Positions 21,830 to 32,726 of a stretch of 64,000 nucleotides of DNA are shown one piece after another. How positions within the stretch are numbered: the first letter of the stretch is position 1; every line of letters starts with the position of its first letter. A model generated the notes under the pieces. It saw only the letters and a list, made by a program, of their open reading frames with translations. It was not told where the DNA came from and ran no database searches. The stretch is from an uncultured delta proteobacterium (GTDB lineage Bacteria; Myxococcota; UBA727; VGSZ01). The stretch is from assembly GCA_963775425.1 (NCBI GenBank), contig CAVZJB010000006.1:64001-128000 (forward strand), in the 5' to 3' direction. The translations under genes and the position numbers were made by a program.

Positions 21830-23507
21830 GCGCCTGGGCGACGAGCCCGGGGAACTTGAGCATCGACGGCGCGGCTTCGAAGCGCGTGAGCTTCTCGCCG
21901 AGGGCGCGGAGGTTCCGGTGGTCCGCGAACCACACCGGCGTGGGCTTGATGCGGAAGGGCAGGTAGATGATCGACTTCTGCGGGTAGTCGAACAGGAAGG
22001 TGTTGTGCACGACGCCGCGCCCGGACTGGATGTCCTCGAGGGTGTGGCCGGGGAACGCGCCCCACGTGGTCTGACACAGGCCGTAGATGGCGCCGGCCCA
22101 GCCGTTGACCGCGATGCCGCCGTAGCGCAGCTCGGAGAGGAGCTTGTCGAAGGCGGCCGCGTGCTGCTTCTGCGTCTCCGGGTGGATGAGCACCATGCAC
22201 GACAGCGTGCCCCAGAGCTCCTCGTTGGCGAACGCCGTGACCTTGGCCATGAAGTCCGGCGCGTCCTTGGCGTCGAGCGATGTCTCGGCGAGCACGCCGC
22301 AGAAGGCCTCGTTGCTGAGCGCGTACTCCCCCTTTTGCGCGGGCACGTCCGGCAGTACCGTCCACGGGACAATCTGCGGGCCCTGCTGCCCGAGCACCTT
22401 CGCCTTCGGGTACTTCTCGACGAACTGCGCGTAGCGCTGTTCGGCGCCCGGGTAGTACGCCTTCCTCGGCGGCGCCTTGCCGAGCGCCGTCTCGAGCTTG
22501 GCGAGGAAGCGCTCGCGCAGCTCCCAGCCCTTGGCGGTGACCACGACCTTGGCGGCGTTGCAGTTGAAGCTGCCGTTTTGCGCGACCATGCCGGCGACGT
22601 GGCGCGCCTGGAACTCGAGGTCGCCGTCGCTCCACGGGCCCGGCACCACCATGACCGGCGTGACGCAGCCGAGCTCGGACGAGATGGGCTTGTCGATGCG
22701 CGGCTTGCCCGCCTTCTTGGCGTTTTCGGCGTCGGGGCCCCAGATGATGGCGTCGTGGGTGCGGTCGGAGCCGGTGATGTGGATGCTGCCGACCTGCGGG
22801 TGGTCGGTGAGGTGCTTGCCGACCTCGGCGCCGCCGTAGACGACGGCGAGGAAGCCGCCGTCGACGAGGGCGGCGAAGATCTTCTCGATGAACGGCCCGC
22901 CGACCTCGTTGACCGGGTTCATCTTGAGGATGCAGACCTCGTTTTCGACGAACAGCTTGTAGAGCACGTCCATGGGGGCGATGGACGTGACGTTGCCCGC
23001 GCCGAGCACGAGCGCGACGCGCCCCTCGGTCTGCTTCTCGCGATAGATGCGCCCCTGGCTCGGGGGCTTGCCCGGCTCAATCCACACCTCGCCGCGCCAG
23101 CCGGTGTACGCGAGCCGCTCCTCGAGCGACGTCGGGAACACCTCCGCCACCCACTGCCCGCCCGGCCGCTGCTTGAGCGCGGGAGGCTTGGGCTGGCCGC
23201 CGGCCTTGAGCGCGTCGATGAGCAGGCGGATGTTGCGCGCCGTGGTCATCGGGCCCGCGAGCCAGTCCTCGCCGGCGAGGACGTCGTCGGGGGAGATGCC
23301 CTTGAGCTGCGAGATGGCCCGCGCCCACGCCTCCGCCTCCCGCTGCAGGTTCTTCTGCGCGTCCTCGAGGTAGGCGACGCGCTGCGGGATCGACAGCTTG
23401 GCCCACGCGTCCTTCTTGTCGTGGAGCCGCGCGAGCAGCTCGTCGATGCGCGCGACGGGCGTGGCCGGGACGGACGGGGGCGGCTCGGGGAATCGGGGGC
23501 TCGTCAT
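21819..23507 (-). CDS. Aldehyde dehydrogenase family protein
   Basis: GAGN, LKMNP, HITGS, SELG, NGSFNC (catalytic Cys), EAF motifs. Confidence 0.88.
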   Translation of the reverse strand: MTSPRFPEPPPSVPATPVARIDELLARLHDKKDAWAKLSIPQRVAYLEDAQKNLQREAEAWARAISQLKGISPDDVLAGEDWLAGPMTTARNIRLLIDALKAGGQPKPPALKQRPGGQWVAEVFPTSLEERLAYTGWRGEVWIEPGKPPSQGRIYREKQTEGRVALVLGAGNVTSIAPMDVLYKLFVENEVCILKMNPVNEVGGPFIEKIFAALVDGGFLAVVYGGAEVGKHLTDHPQVGSIHITGSDRTHDAIIWGPDAENAKKAGKPRIDKPISSELGCVTPVMVVPGPWSDGDLEFQARHVAGMVAQNGSFNCNAAKVVVTAKGWELRERFLAKLETALGKAPPRKAYYPGAEQRYAQFVEKYPKAKVLGQQGPQIVPWTVLPDVPAQKGEYALSNEAFCGVLAETSLDAKDAPDFMAKVTAFANEELWGTLSCMVLIHPETQKQHAAAFDKLLSELRYGGIAVNGWAGAIYGLCQTTWGAFPGHTLEDIQSGRGVVHNTFLFDYPQKSIIYLPFRIKPTPVWFADHRNLRALGEKLTRFEAAPSMLKFPGLVAQALKG

Positions 23508-23553
23508 GCGAGGACCATGCGCTCCTCGACGTGGTCTATCAACTGCCGTCCGG

Positions 23554-24522
<969 letters not shown>

Positions 24523-24532
24523 GCCCCGGGCG

Positions 24533-25411
24533 TTACGGGTTCAACAGCGGCGGCGGCGCGTCCGACGGATCCGTCGGCCCCGGCGGCGGCTTCGTCGTCG
24601 TCGCCGGCGGCTGCGGCGGCGCAGGCGGCGGGGTCGGCTTGGGGGCCGGGTGCGCCGCGGCCTTGCGGATGTCGGCGGCGTGCTGTTGCAGCGCGCCTGC
24701 GTACAGGTTGGACCAGCGTGTCTCTTCGTTGGCGGCGACGAAGTACTGGCCCACCGACTGGCCCACCGACAAGAGGATGCCGCCGATGAGCGCGCCTATG
24801 GCGACGAACCCGAGCGTGGGGTTCGACGTGCCCGTGAAGAAGAACAGGATGATGGCGATGGTGCCGGTGGCGTTCAGCACCGTGCCGCCGACGCTGGCCG
24901 CGGTCATCAAGCCGTACTCGAGCGGATCGTCGATGTTGCCGATGACGGGCTTGCTCTTCACCACGGTGCCGTCCGGCAGCGTGGTGGTGAGCGTGATGGT
25001 CATCTCCTTCCACGTGCCGATCTGGATGACCGAGGGGCTCGCCATGTCGAAGCTGACGACGGTGTGGGCGGCCGGCGCTTCGTCCTTGGTCCGCAGGATC
25101 GTGTTCAGCGACGTGGCCGTGTAGTTGGACACCTCGCGCTGCCACGATCGCGACGGCGACAGCGGCATCCCCGGCTCGCGCAGGATGGTCTCCTCGCCGT
25201 CGAAGCGCGCGCCGGCGAGGGGCGTGCCCGCGGCGGCGAGCGGCGTGTCCGGCTTGGTGGGCCGGATGATGGTCGAGCAGCCGCTGCCGGCGGCGACGGC
25301 GACGGCGATGACGAAGACGCCCGCGAGCGCCGCCGGGGAGCAGGCGCGCACGCCGCGGCCCGCCGTGTCGTCGCCTCTCGTCGTCGTCGCGTGCGTCGCC
25401 GTCGTCGTCAT
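24533..25411 (-). CDS. Hypothetical lipoprotein/membrane protein with Pro-rich tail
   Basis: Hydrophobic leader ending GSGC, two internal TM helices and a Pro-rich C-terminus. Confidence 0.65.
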   Translation of the reverse strand: MTTTATHATTTRGDDTAGRGVRACSPAALAGVFVIAVAVAAGSGCSTIIRPTKPDTPLAAAGTPLAGARFDGEETILREPGMPLSPSRSWQREVSNYTATSLNTILRTKDEAPAAHTVVSFDMASPSVIQIGTWKEMTITLTTTLPDGTVVKSKPVIGNIDDPLEYGLMTAASVGGTVLNATGTIAIILFFFTGTSNPTLGFVAIGALIGGILLSVGQSVGQYFVAANEETRWSNLYAGALQQHAADIRKAAAHPAPKPTPPPAPPQPPATTTKPPPGPTDPSDAPPPLLNP

Positions 25412-26799
25412 CCCGGGAACCCGTCCTCGCGCGTCAGGCCGTGGCGTTGGGCGCGCCGGTAGAACGTAGCGCGTCCGATGCCCAGGCGCCGGGCCGCCTC
25501 CGACACGTTGCCTTCCGTCTCGCGCAGCGCGGCGATCATCATCTCCCGCTCCACCTCGTGGAGCGGCCGTACGGACGCAGACGCGTCGTCGAGGCCGGGC
25601 AGGAGCGTCCGGTCGTCGGCGCGCGCGGCGCTGGACTCGCGGATGTCCTCGGGCAGATCCGTCAGCCGCATGATCCCGCCCGACGCCGTGAGCGCCATGC
25701 GCTCCATGGTGTTGAACAGCTCGCGGACGTTCCCCGGCCAGTCGTAGCGCAGGAGCACGTCGAGCACGTCGTCGGGCAGGGTCGGCGGCGGCTGGTTCTC
25801 CCGGGCGGCGAAGCGGGCGAGGGCGTAGCGGGCGAGCGCCGCGATGTCATCCTTGCGGTCGCGCAGCGGGGGCACGGTGATGGAGAAGACGTTCAGCCGA
25901 TAGAAGAGGTCGGCCCGGAAGGTGCCCCGCGACACCTCGGAGGGCAGGTGGCGCACGGTGGCCGCGACGACCCGGACGTCGTTGTCGGTGTTCTGGGTGC
26001 GCCAATCCTGGAGCTGCGCTTCGTGCATGGTGCGCTGCAGCCGCGCCTGCAGATCCGGCGACAGCTCGCCCACCTCGTCGAGGAAGAGCGTGCCCGCCCG
26101 CGCCTCTTCGAAGCGGCCGCGGCTGCCGTTCTGGTTGCCGAACAGGAGCAGCTCGAGGCTGTCGGCCGGCTTGGTGGCGCAATTGACCGGGACGAACGGG
26201 CCGTCGCGCCGCCGGGAGCGCGCGTGGATTCGATGCGCCACGAGCTCCTTGCCGGTGCCGGGCTCCCCGTAGATGAGGACAGGGACCCTGGAGGCGGCGA
26301 CGCGCTCGACGAGCGAGATCACCTCGGTCATGGCCTGGCTGCCGCAGATCAGGTGGGGCCCGCCGTCCCCCCGGATCATGGCCGCGCGCAGGCCGTCGCT
26401 CTCGAGGCGCAGGCGGGTGTGCTCCGCGGCGTTTCGCACCACGATGGCGAGGCGCTGCAGGTCGAGGGGCTTGGTGAGGTAGTCGAACGCCCCCCGGCGC
26501 ATGGCGTCGACGATGTTGTCGACCCCCACGGCCGCGGTCATCATCACCACCGCGAGCTCCTTGTGCTCCCGCGACAGCCGGTCGAGCAGCGCGAGGCCGT
26601 CGATGCCGGGCAGGCCCATGTCGAGCAAGACCACGTCGAACGGAGACTGGAGGATGCGCTCCATGTCCCTCCCGTCGTGGATCACTTCGACGGCGTGGCC
26701 GTGGTGCTGCAGATATTTCGAGACCAGCCCGCAGATGGCCTCGTCATCGTCGACGAGGAGAACGCGCGCCGCCTGGTTGATCTTCGCCGTCGCCGCCAT
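25408..26799 (-). CDS. NtrC-family response regulator (REC-AAA+-Fis HTH) lacking GAFTGA
   Basis: GEPGTGKE, TLFLDEV, FRADLFYRL, WPGNVREL, GNVSEAARRLGI. Confidence 0.9.
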   Translation of the reverse strand: MAATAKINQAARVLLVDDDEAICGLVSKYLQHHGHAVEVIHDGRDMERILQSPFDVVLLDMGLPGIDGLALLDRLSREHKELAVVMMTAAVGVDNIVDAMRRGAFDYLTKPLDLQRLAIVVRNAAEHTRLRLESDGLRAAMIRGDGGPHLICGSQAMTEVISLVERVAASRVPVLIYGEPGTGKELVAHRIHARSRRRDGPFVPVNCATKPADSLELLLFGNQNGSRGRFEEARAGTLFLDEVGELSPDLQARLQRTMHEAQLQDWRTQNTDNDVRVVAATVRHLPSEVSRGTFRADLFYRLNVFSITVPPLRDRKDDIAALARYALARFAARENQPPPTLPDDVLDVLLRYDWPGNVRELFNTMERMALTASGGIMRLTDLPEDIRESSAARADDRTLLPGLDDASASVRPLHEVEREMMIAALRETEGNVSEAARRLGIGRATFYRRAQRHGLTREDGFPG

Positions 26800-26974
26800 G
26801 AGACACCTTGCGCCCGACGTTGGGCGCCGGCACGTCCCGAGTTGATACAGGCAGCGGCGACTCGCTTGCAAGTCCGCAGCGTGCCGCGGTGGGTCAGCGG
26901 GCGCGGCCTCACGCACCACATCGTGCCGCCGACGCCTGCGAGCGGCCGACGGTTCCGCGTCCTGCGGCCGACGC

Positions 26975-28078
26975 TCAGCCGTGCAGGGCGTCGTCGAGGC
27001 GGGCGCGCTCGCCGGCGGCGACGAGGACCAGCTCGTCGAGCGCGTCGAAGGTGCCCTGCAGCTCGTAGGCGGCGAGGCCGCTCGAGGAGGGCCCGATGGG
27101 CAGGCGCGGCAGGCGGAACATGTGATCGCCGGGGCGGGCCACCCCGGGCTCGGCGGTGAACGCGGCGCGGTAGCCGGCGCGGCGGGCGGCGTGGACGACG
27201 CGGTCGTCGACGTAGGGCGGGCGGCCGAACGGGAAGCTCATGACGTCGACGAACGACGCGCCCGCGATCTCGAGCAGGAGCGCGCGGGGGCGCGTGAGCT
27301 CCTCCTCGAGCGCCTCGTCGGAAGCGTTGGCGAGCGAGAGGTGCCGGTGGCCGTGGGCGCCGAAGGTCACGAGCGGATCGCGCGCGAGCTCGAGCAGCTC
27401 GCTGGTGGTGATCATGCGGTCGAGCGGATCCACCGGCGGCCGCCCGCCCACGCGCGTGAACAGCTCCTCGAGGCGCGCCTGCAGCCGCTGCTCGTCGAGC
27501 GCCGCCAGCGACAAGAGCAGCCGGCGCACCGCCGACGCGCGCTTCTTGGGCGTGTCGGTGCGCAGGACCCGGTCAATCCAGGGCACGGCCAGGGGGCTCG
27601 GCGCGATGCGCGCGACGCAGCCGCGCACCTCCTCGTCCCAGAGGGTGTGCGCGCCGTCGAGGTGGCCGGTGGTGATGAAGAACGTGGCAGGCACGCCGAG
27701 GGCGCGGCACACGGGCAGCGCGAGCTCGGCGGTGGCGGCGAAGCTCTCGTCGAAGGTGAGCACCGCGCAGCCGTGCTCGAGGCGGTCGCCCGCGGCGAGC
27801 GCGGCGATGGCCTCGGACATGTGCACGAAGCGCAGCGTACCGAGCGCGTCCTCGAGCTCGCGCCGGAGCTCGTGCGGCGTCATGGCGTGGCCCGCCCGGT
27901 GGTCGGGGTGGCGCTTGCCGCGCTGCGTGCCGGGGACGATGCGCCGCGCGCGCAGGACGGCGACGCCCGCGCCGCGCGAGGCCACGCTCAACGTGTGGAG
28001 CGCCTTGCGCGTGACGGGCACGCGGCCGACCTGTCGCAGGACGCCCCGCAGCGCCGCGCGCGATGCCTCGCGGATCAC
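26975..28078 (-). CDS. Polysaccharide deacetylase (CE4) family protein
   Basis: VLTFDES, PATFF, GAHGHRH, SFPFG, F.LPR motifs. Confidence 0.8.
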   Translation of the reverse strand: MIREASRAALRGVLRQVGRVPVTRKALHTLSVASRGAGVAVLRARRIVPGTQRGKRHPDHRAGHAMTPHELRRELEDALGTLRFVHMSEAIAALAAGDRLEHGCAVLTFDESFAATAELALPVCRALGVPATFFITTGHLDGAHTLWDEEVRGCVARIAPSPLAVPWIDRVLRTDTPKKRASAVRRLLLSLAALDEQRLQARLEELFTRVGGRPPVDPLDRMITTSELLELARDPLVTFGAHGHRHLSLANASDEALEEELTRPRALLLEIAGASFVDVMSFPFGRPPYVDDRVVHAARRAGYRAAFTAEPGVARPGDHMFRLPRLPIGPSSSGLAAYELQGTFDALDELVLVAAGERARLDDALHG

Positions 28079-29091
28079 GCCGGGACGCCGCGCGCGTCGG
28101 CGATGGCGCGCTTGACGAACACCGGCACCATCTCCTTTCGCCACGCGGGGTCGTCGGCGATGTTGGTGGTGGGCGTGCAGCGCTTGTGCGCGAGCGCGGC
28201 GAGCTCTTCGATGCAGGCCTTGTCGAGGCTGCGGCCGCGGAAGGCGCCGGTGCTCAACAGGTGCGGTCGCGCCTGCAGCGCGCTCACCACGAGCTTCATG
28301 TCGTCGATGCCGCCGGCGGGGTCGATGTCGAAGCGGACGCCGACGGACAACAGCGGGAAGTCGATGGATGCGCGGTGGCGCAGCTTGGCGTAGCCGGTGA
28401 GCCGCTGGAAGGTGAACGCGCCCGCCGGGTCCCTGTGCGGCTCCTTCTTGGGCACGCGCACGGTGGTGAGGATGTCCGCGGGGCCGAGCACCGTGTTGTG
28501 GATGCCGTCGGCGACGTAGAAGTCCTCGAGCTTCACCGTGCGCGTGCCCTCGGGCGAGCGGATGTCGACGACGGCGTCGAGGCACAACAGCATGGTGGCG
28601 GTGTCGTTGGAGGCGGCGGCCACGCACTTCTTTCCGCCGGCGACGACGTGGCAGGCGGTGCCGTCCTTCTTCAGGCAGAAGCCGAGCGCCTCGCGCCAGA
28701 AGTAGGTCTGGTTGTAGTAGAGGCAGCGCGTGTCGAGGCAGAGGTTGCCGCCGAGCGTTCCCATACGCCGCAGCTGCGGCCCCGCCACGAGCCCCGCGGC
28801 CCGGGCGAGCGCCGGGGCGTGCGCCTGCACGAGCGGGTGGTTCTCGACGTCGTGGAGCGTGGTGAGCGCGCCTATCTCGAGCGCGTCGCCGGCGTCGTGG
28901 ATCCCCTTCAACGACGCGATGCGGCCGATGCTGACGACGACGTCGGGCTCGTGCAGGCCGTGTTTGATGTTGGGCACCACGTCGGTGCCGCCGGCGAGGA
29001 TCTTGGCCTTGTCGCCGTGCTCGGCGAGGAGCTTGACGGCGTCGTCGACGCTGTCGGGGGTCTCGAGCCGGAAGGGATCCATGCGCAACAC
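28075..29091 (-). CDS. hcrB: 4-hydroxybenzoyl-CoA reductase beta-like FAD/[4Fe-4S] subunit
   Basis: LAGGTD and TLGGNL, plus the Cys-rich insert CLDTRC-YYNQT.FWR....FCLK..G..CH......C characteristic of HcrB. Confidence 0.8.
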   Translation of the reverse strand: MLRMDPFRLETPDSVDDAVKLLAEHGDKAKILAGGTDVVPNIKHGLHEPDVVVSIGRIASLKGIHDAGDALEIGALTTLHDVENHPLVQAHAPALARAAGLVAGPQLRRMGTLGGNLCLDTRCLYYNQTYFWREALGFCLKKDGTACHVVAGGKKCVAAASNDTATMLLCLDAVVDIRSPEGTRTVKLEDFYVADGIHNTVLGPADILTTVRVPKKEPHRDPAGAFTFQRLTGYAKLRHRASIDFPLLSVGVRFDIDPAGGIDDMKLVVSALQARPHLLSTGAFRGRSLDKACIEELAALAHKRCTPTTNIADDPAWRKEMVPVFVKRAIADARGVPA

Positions 29092-29098
29092 GACGCGC

Positions 29099-29653
29099 CT
29101 ACTCCGTGACGACGGGGACGTGGGCCACGAGGCCGAACGAGCGCAGCATCTGCGCGAGCTCGGTGCGCGTGGCCCGGGTGGGGGCGCGGCCGCCGACGTT
29201 GTTGCACTCGAGGGAGATGTCGACGGCGCGCTTGCCCCGCGTGGTGGACAACACGATGGCCTGGCGCGGCACCGCGCACGACGTATGCGCCGTGGGCTCG
29301 TAGTGGAGCGGATCGTTGACCAGCGCGAGCGCGCGAACGACCTCGCTTTGCTTGAGCTCGTAGTGCCGCCCCGCGGTCGGGCAGATCGCGTCTCCCTCGA
29401 GGATGGAGTGGCACGTGGGCGCGCCGGTGTTGAGCTCGTAGATCACCGCGCTCTGGACGGTGCGCGCGTCGATGAACCCGAACTTGCCGTGCGCCGGCGC
29501 CGCCGCAAACGCCGTCCCGCTGAGCGCCCCGGCGACGGCGAGCGCGAGCAGGAGCGCGCCGCGCGGGGAGCGCGCCACGAGCGCCACCTGGATGTCGGGC
29601 GCCGGCTTTCCCGGCGCGGCGCCGCGTGACGCACGATGTCTCGCGGTGATCAT
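29099..29653 (-). CDS. Hypothetical exported protein
   Basis: Signal-like LLLALAVAGALSGTAFA, four Cys; ATGA overlap with the upstream gene. Confidence 0.55.
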   Translation of the reverse strand: MITARHRASRGAAPGKPAPDIQVALVARSPRGALLLALAVAGALSGTAFAAAPAHGKFGFIDARTVQSAVIYELNTGAPTCHSILEGDAICPTAGRHYELKQSEVVRALALVNDPLHYEPTAHTSCAVPRQAIVLSTTRGKRAVDISLECNNVGGRAPTRATRTELAQMLRSFGLVAHVPVVTE

Positions 29654-32124
29654 TCGGCGGCTCCCTTCATCGCCGGGCGCTGCGCGCGCAGGGCCGCGAG
29701 CACCCTGGCCGGGGAGAACGGCAGCTCGAAGAGCCGGACGCCGACGGCGTCGTAGAGGGCGTTGGCGACGGCCGGGATGGTCGAGTGCAGCGGGCCCTCG
29801 CCGGCCTCCTTGGCGCCGTAGGGGCCGTTTTGGTCGGGGCGCTCGACGATGAGCGCCTCGATGGGCGGCGTGTCGAGCGAGGTGGGGATGCGGTAGTCGA
29901 GGAGCGACGGCCCGACGAGCATGCCCGCGCGCACCGCCTTGGACGGCGCAGGCACGCCGAGCGCGTCGTGGCCGTAGAGCATGTTCTCCATGAAGACCTC
30001 GGCCATGCCCATGTACGTGGAGCCCTCAATCTGTCCCTCCACGAGCACCGGCTGCAGCGCGGTGCCGCAGTCGTGCGCGACCCAGATCTTCTTCACGTCG
30101 ATGCGCCCGGTCTCCTCGTCCACCTCGACCTCGGCGACGTGCGCCGTGGCCGAGTACGCCGGCGACGCCCCGATGGTGCCGCCGCGGTAGTCGCCGCCGC
30201 GCTCGGAGGTGCGGTAGCCGCCGGTGGCGCCGAGCGTGCCGTACCTGGCCTCGGCGAGCCGGAACGCCTCCGCGCACGACATCGCCCTGGCGGTGTCGCC
30301 GCGCAGCCACGCGCGCCCGTGGCCGAGCAGCACGTCCTCCGCCGCGACGCCGTGGGGTGGCGCGGCGGCTTGTCCGCCGCCGTCGCCACTCTTGGCCCAG
30401 TGCTCGGCGACGGCGCTCTGCACTTGCTCCCGCAGCGTGCGGCACGCCTCGAGCGCGGCGTGGCCCATCATCAAGGTCACGCGCGACGAGTACGCCCCGA
30501 GGTCCACCGGCGTGAGGTCCGTGTCCGACGACACCACGCGCACGTCCTCGAGCTCGACGCCGAGCTCTTCGCAGGCGATGACGGCGAGGACGCTGTCGCT
30601 GCCCTGGCCGATGTCGCTCGCGCCCGAAAACACCGTCACCCGGCCGCTTCTGTCGAGCTTCACCTGCACGCCCGACTGCGGCATCTGGTTCGGGTAGATG
30701 GGGTAGTTGGTGCCGGAGATGTACATCGACGACGCGACGCCGAGCCCCCGCCCGCGCGGCAGCTTCCCGCGCCAATCGCGCCACGCGGAGGCGCGCTCGA
30801 CCGCGTCGAGGCACGCGAGGAGCCCCGAGGACCCGAGGTGCTGCCCGTTCACCAGCGTGGAGTTTTCGCCGGCGAAGTTCCTGCGGCGCAGCTCGACCGG
30901 GTCGAGGCCGAGCTTCTCGGCGAGCATGTCGAGGTGGATCTCGAGGGCGAAGCGCGGCTGCACCGAGCCGTGGCCGCGCTTGGGGCCGCACGCGGGCTTG
31001 TTGGTGTAGTAGCGGGTGGCGTCGAAGGCGTAGGCCTCGAAGCCCACCGGCCCCGTGAGGAGCTGGCCCGCGTAGTACGCCGTGATCATGCCGAAGCTCG
31101 CGTAGGCGCCGCCGTCGATGTCGATCTTGCTCTTCACCGCCTTGATGCGCCCCTGGGCGTCGGCGGCCGTGGTGTAGCGCATGCGCATCGGGTGGCGGCC
31201 GCGGTGGGCGTAGAAGACCTCTTCGCGCGTGTAGAGGCACTTCACCGGGCGCCCGGTGACCATGGCGAGCTTGGCGACGACGAACTCGAGCGTGAAGGGC
31301 TCGCTCTTGCCGCCGAACGCGCCGCCCACCGCGGGCTGGATCACGCGCACGCGCGCCTGCTCGAGGCCGAGGACCTCCGCGAGGTCCCGGTGCAGGTAGT
31401 GCGGCACCTGCGTCGACGACGTCACCGTGAGCACGCCGCGCTCGTCGACCTGGCCGATGGCGCAGTGCGGCTCGATGGGCGCGTGGGTGGTGCCGACGAA
31501 GAAGAACGTGTCTTCGACCACGGCGCCGGAGGAACGGCACGCGGCGATGTTGCCGTCGACGTCGCCGAAGGACAGCTCCACGCGCTTGGTGATGTTGCCC
31601 TTCTTGGCGTGCTCGTTGACCTTGCTCTGCGCGTCGTTGCCGGTGGCGGCGGCGGTGTCGACGTCGAGGACGGGCGTGAGGTCTTCGTATTCGACGCGGA
31701 TGGCCTTCACGGCGGCGTTGGCCGTCTCCTCGTCGACGGCGGCGACGGCGGCGACGGCGTCGCCGATGTAGCGGACCTTGTCGACCGCGAGCGCGGTCTC
31801 GTCGCGCGTCCACGGGATGATGCCGTACTTCCTGGGCAGGTCCTTGCCGGTGACGACGGCGTACACCCCGGGCATCGCCACCGCGGCGTCGACGTCGATG
31901 CGGGCGATCTTCGCGTGCACCCTCGTGGACCGCTTGATCTTGGCGTGGAGCATGCCGGGGAGCTGGATGTCGTCGGCGTAGAGCACGCGGCCGGCGGCCT
32001 TGTCGGCGCCGTCGACCTTCCGGCGCCGCACGCCGATGCCGTGGTCCCCGTCCTGCCTGCGCCTGGCCGCGTCGGCGAACGTGGACCCGTGGGGGAAGAC
32101 CTCGGGCGGCTCCCTGGCGCTCAT
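29650..32124 (-). CDS. hcrA: Xanthine oxidase family molybdopterin subunit, HcrA-like
   Basis: HAPIEPH, STQVPH, VGGAFGGK, RGRHP, KRGHG, DIGQG, SSR, EGQIEG, GAKEAGE. Confidence 0.8.
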   Translation of the reverse strand: MSAREPPEVFPHGSTFADAARRRQDGDHGIGVRRRKVDGADKAAGRVLYADDIQLPGMLHAKIKRSTRVHAKIARIDVDAAVAMPGVYAVVTGKDLPRKYGIIPWTRDETALAVDKVRYIGDAVAAVAAVDEETANAAVKAIRVEYEDLTPVLDVDTAAATGNDAQSKVNEHAKKGNITKRVELSFGDVDGNIAACRSSGAVVEDTFFFVGTTHAPIEPHCAIGQVDERGVLTVTSSTQVPHYLHRDLAEVLGLEQARVRVIQPAVGGAFGGKSEPFTLEFVVAKLAMVTGRPVKCLYTREEVFYAHRGRHPMRMRYTTAADAQGRIKAVKSKIDIDGGAYASFGMITAYYAGQLLTGPVGFEAYAFDATRYYTNKPACGPKRGHGSVQPRFALEIHLDMLAEKLGLDPVELRRRNFAGENSTLVNGQHLGSSGLLACLDAVERASAWRDWRGKLPRGRGLGVASSMYISGTNYPIYPNQMPQSGVQVKLDRSGRVTVFSGASDIGQGSDSVLAVIACEELGVELEDVRVVSSDTDLTPVDLGAYSSRVTLMMGHAALEACRTLREQVQSAVAEHWAKSGDGGGQAAAPPHGVAAEDVLLGHGRAWLRGDTARAMSCAEAFRLAEARYGTLGATGGYRTSERGGDYRGGTIGASPAYSATAHVAEVEVDEETGRIDVKKIWVAHDCGTALQPVLVEGQIEGSTYMGMAEVFMENMLYGHDALGVPAPSKAVRAGMLVGPSLLDYRIPTSLDTPPIEALIVERPDQNGPYGAKEAGEGPLHSTIPAVANALYDAVGVRLFELPFSPARVLAALRAQRPAMKGAAE

Positions 32125-32672
32125 GGTTCCTTCCCGGCGTCGTGGGGCGGCGGCTTGTCCGCCGCGGCGTCGCGCGAGGCAGCGTCGTCGCCGCTCGCCG
32201 CGAGCAGGCACGCCTCGAGGATCTTCGTGTACCCCGTGCAGCGGCACAGGTTGCCGGCGAGCGCCTCGCGCACCTGATCGAGCGTGGGCGTGGGGTGCTC
32301 GTTGATGAGGGCGCGCGCCGAGATCATCATCCCGCTCTGGCAGAAGCCGCATTGAAGCGCGCCGCAGCGGTCGAACGCGTCCTGCACGACGTCGAGCGCC
32401 GGGCCCTTGTCGGTGCGCTCCGCCAGGCCCTCGATGGTGACGACCCTCTTGCCCTCGGCCACCGCCGCCAGCGTGATGCACGACAGCACGGGGGCGCCGT
32501 CGACGAGGACGGTGCAGGCGCCGCAGTCGCCCTTGTCGCAGCCTTGCTTGGTGCCGGTGAGCCGCAATTGGTAGCGAAGCACCTCGCACAGCGTGTGGTG
32601 CTCGGCCGCGGCGACGTCGTAGCCGTCGCCGTTGACGTCGAGGTGCAAAAGCCGCGTCCGCCTCTCGTTCAC
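32121..32672 (-). CDS. hcrC: 2x[2Fe-2S] subunit, HcrC/CoxS-like
   Basis: GCDKGDCGAC and QCGFC...GNLCRCTGY. Confidence 0.85.
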   Translation of the reverse strand: MNERRTRLLHLDVNGDGYDVAAAEHHTLCEVLRYQLRLTGTKQGCDKGDCGACTVLVDGAPVLSCITLAAVAEGKRVVTIEGLAERTDKGPALDVVQDAFDRCGALQCGFCQSGMMISARALINEHPTPTLDQVREALAGNLCRCTGYTKILEACLLAASGDDAASRDAAADKPPPHDAGKEP

Positions 32673-32726
32673 GATCCGGGCTCTACCAGACGGTTCGCGT
32701 CCGACAACGCCCTCCGGCCGGGCCCC

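Noticed and set aside
18059-22372. Giant 1200-aa bidirectional ORFs
   Set aside because: Each is a real gene (kinase, or TPR-like protein) extended by the shadow frame of its divergent neighbour.
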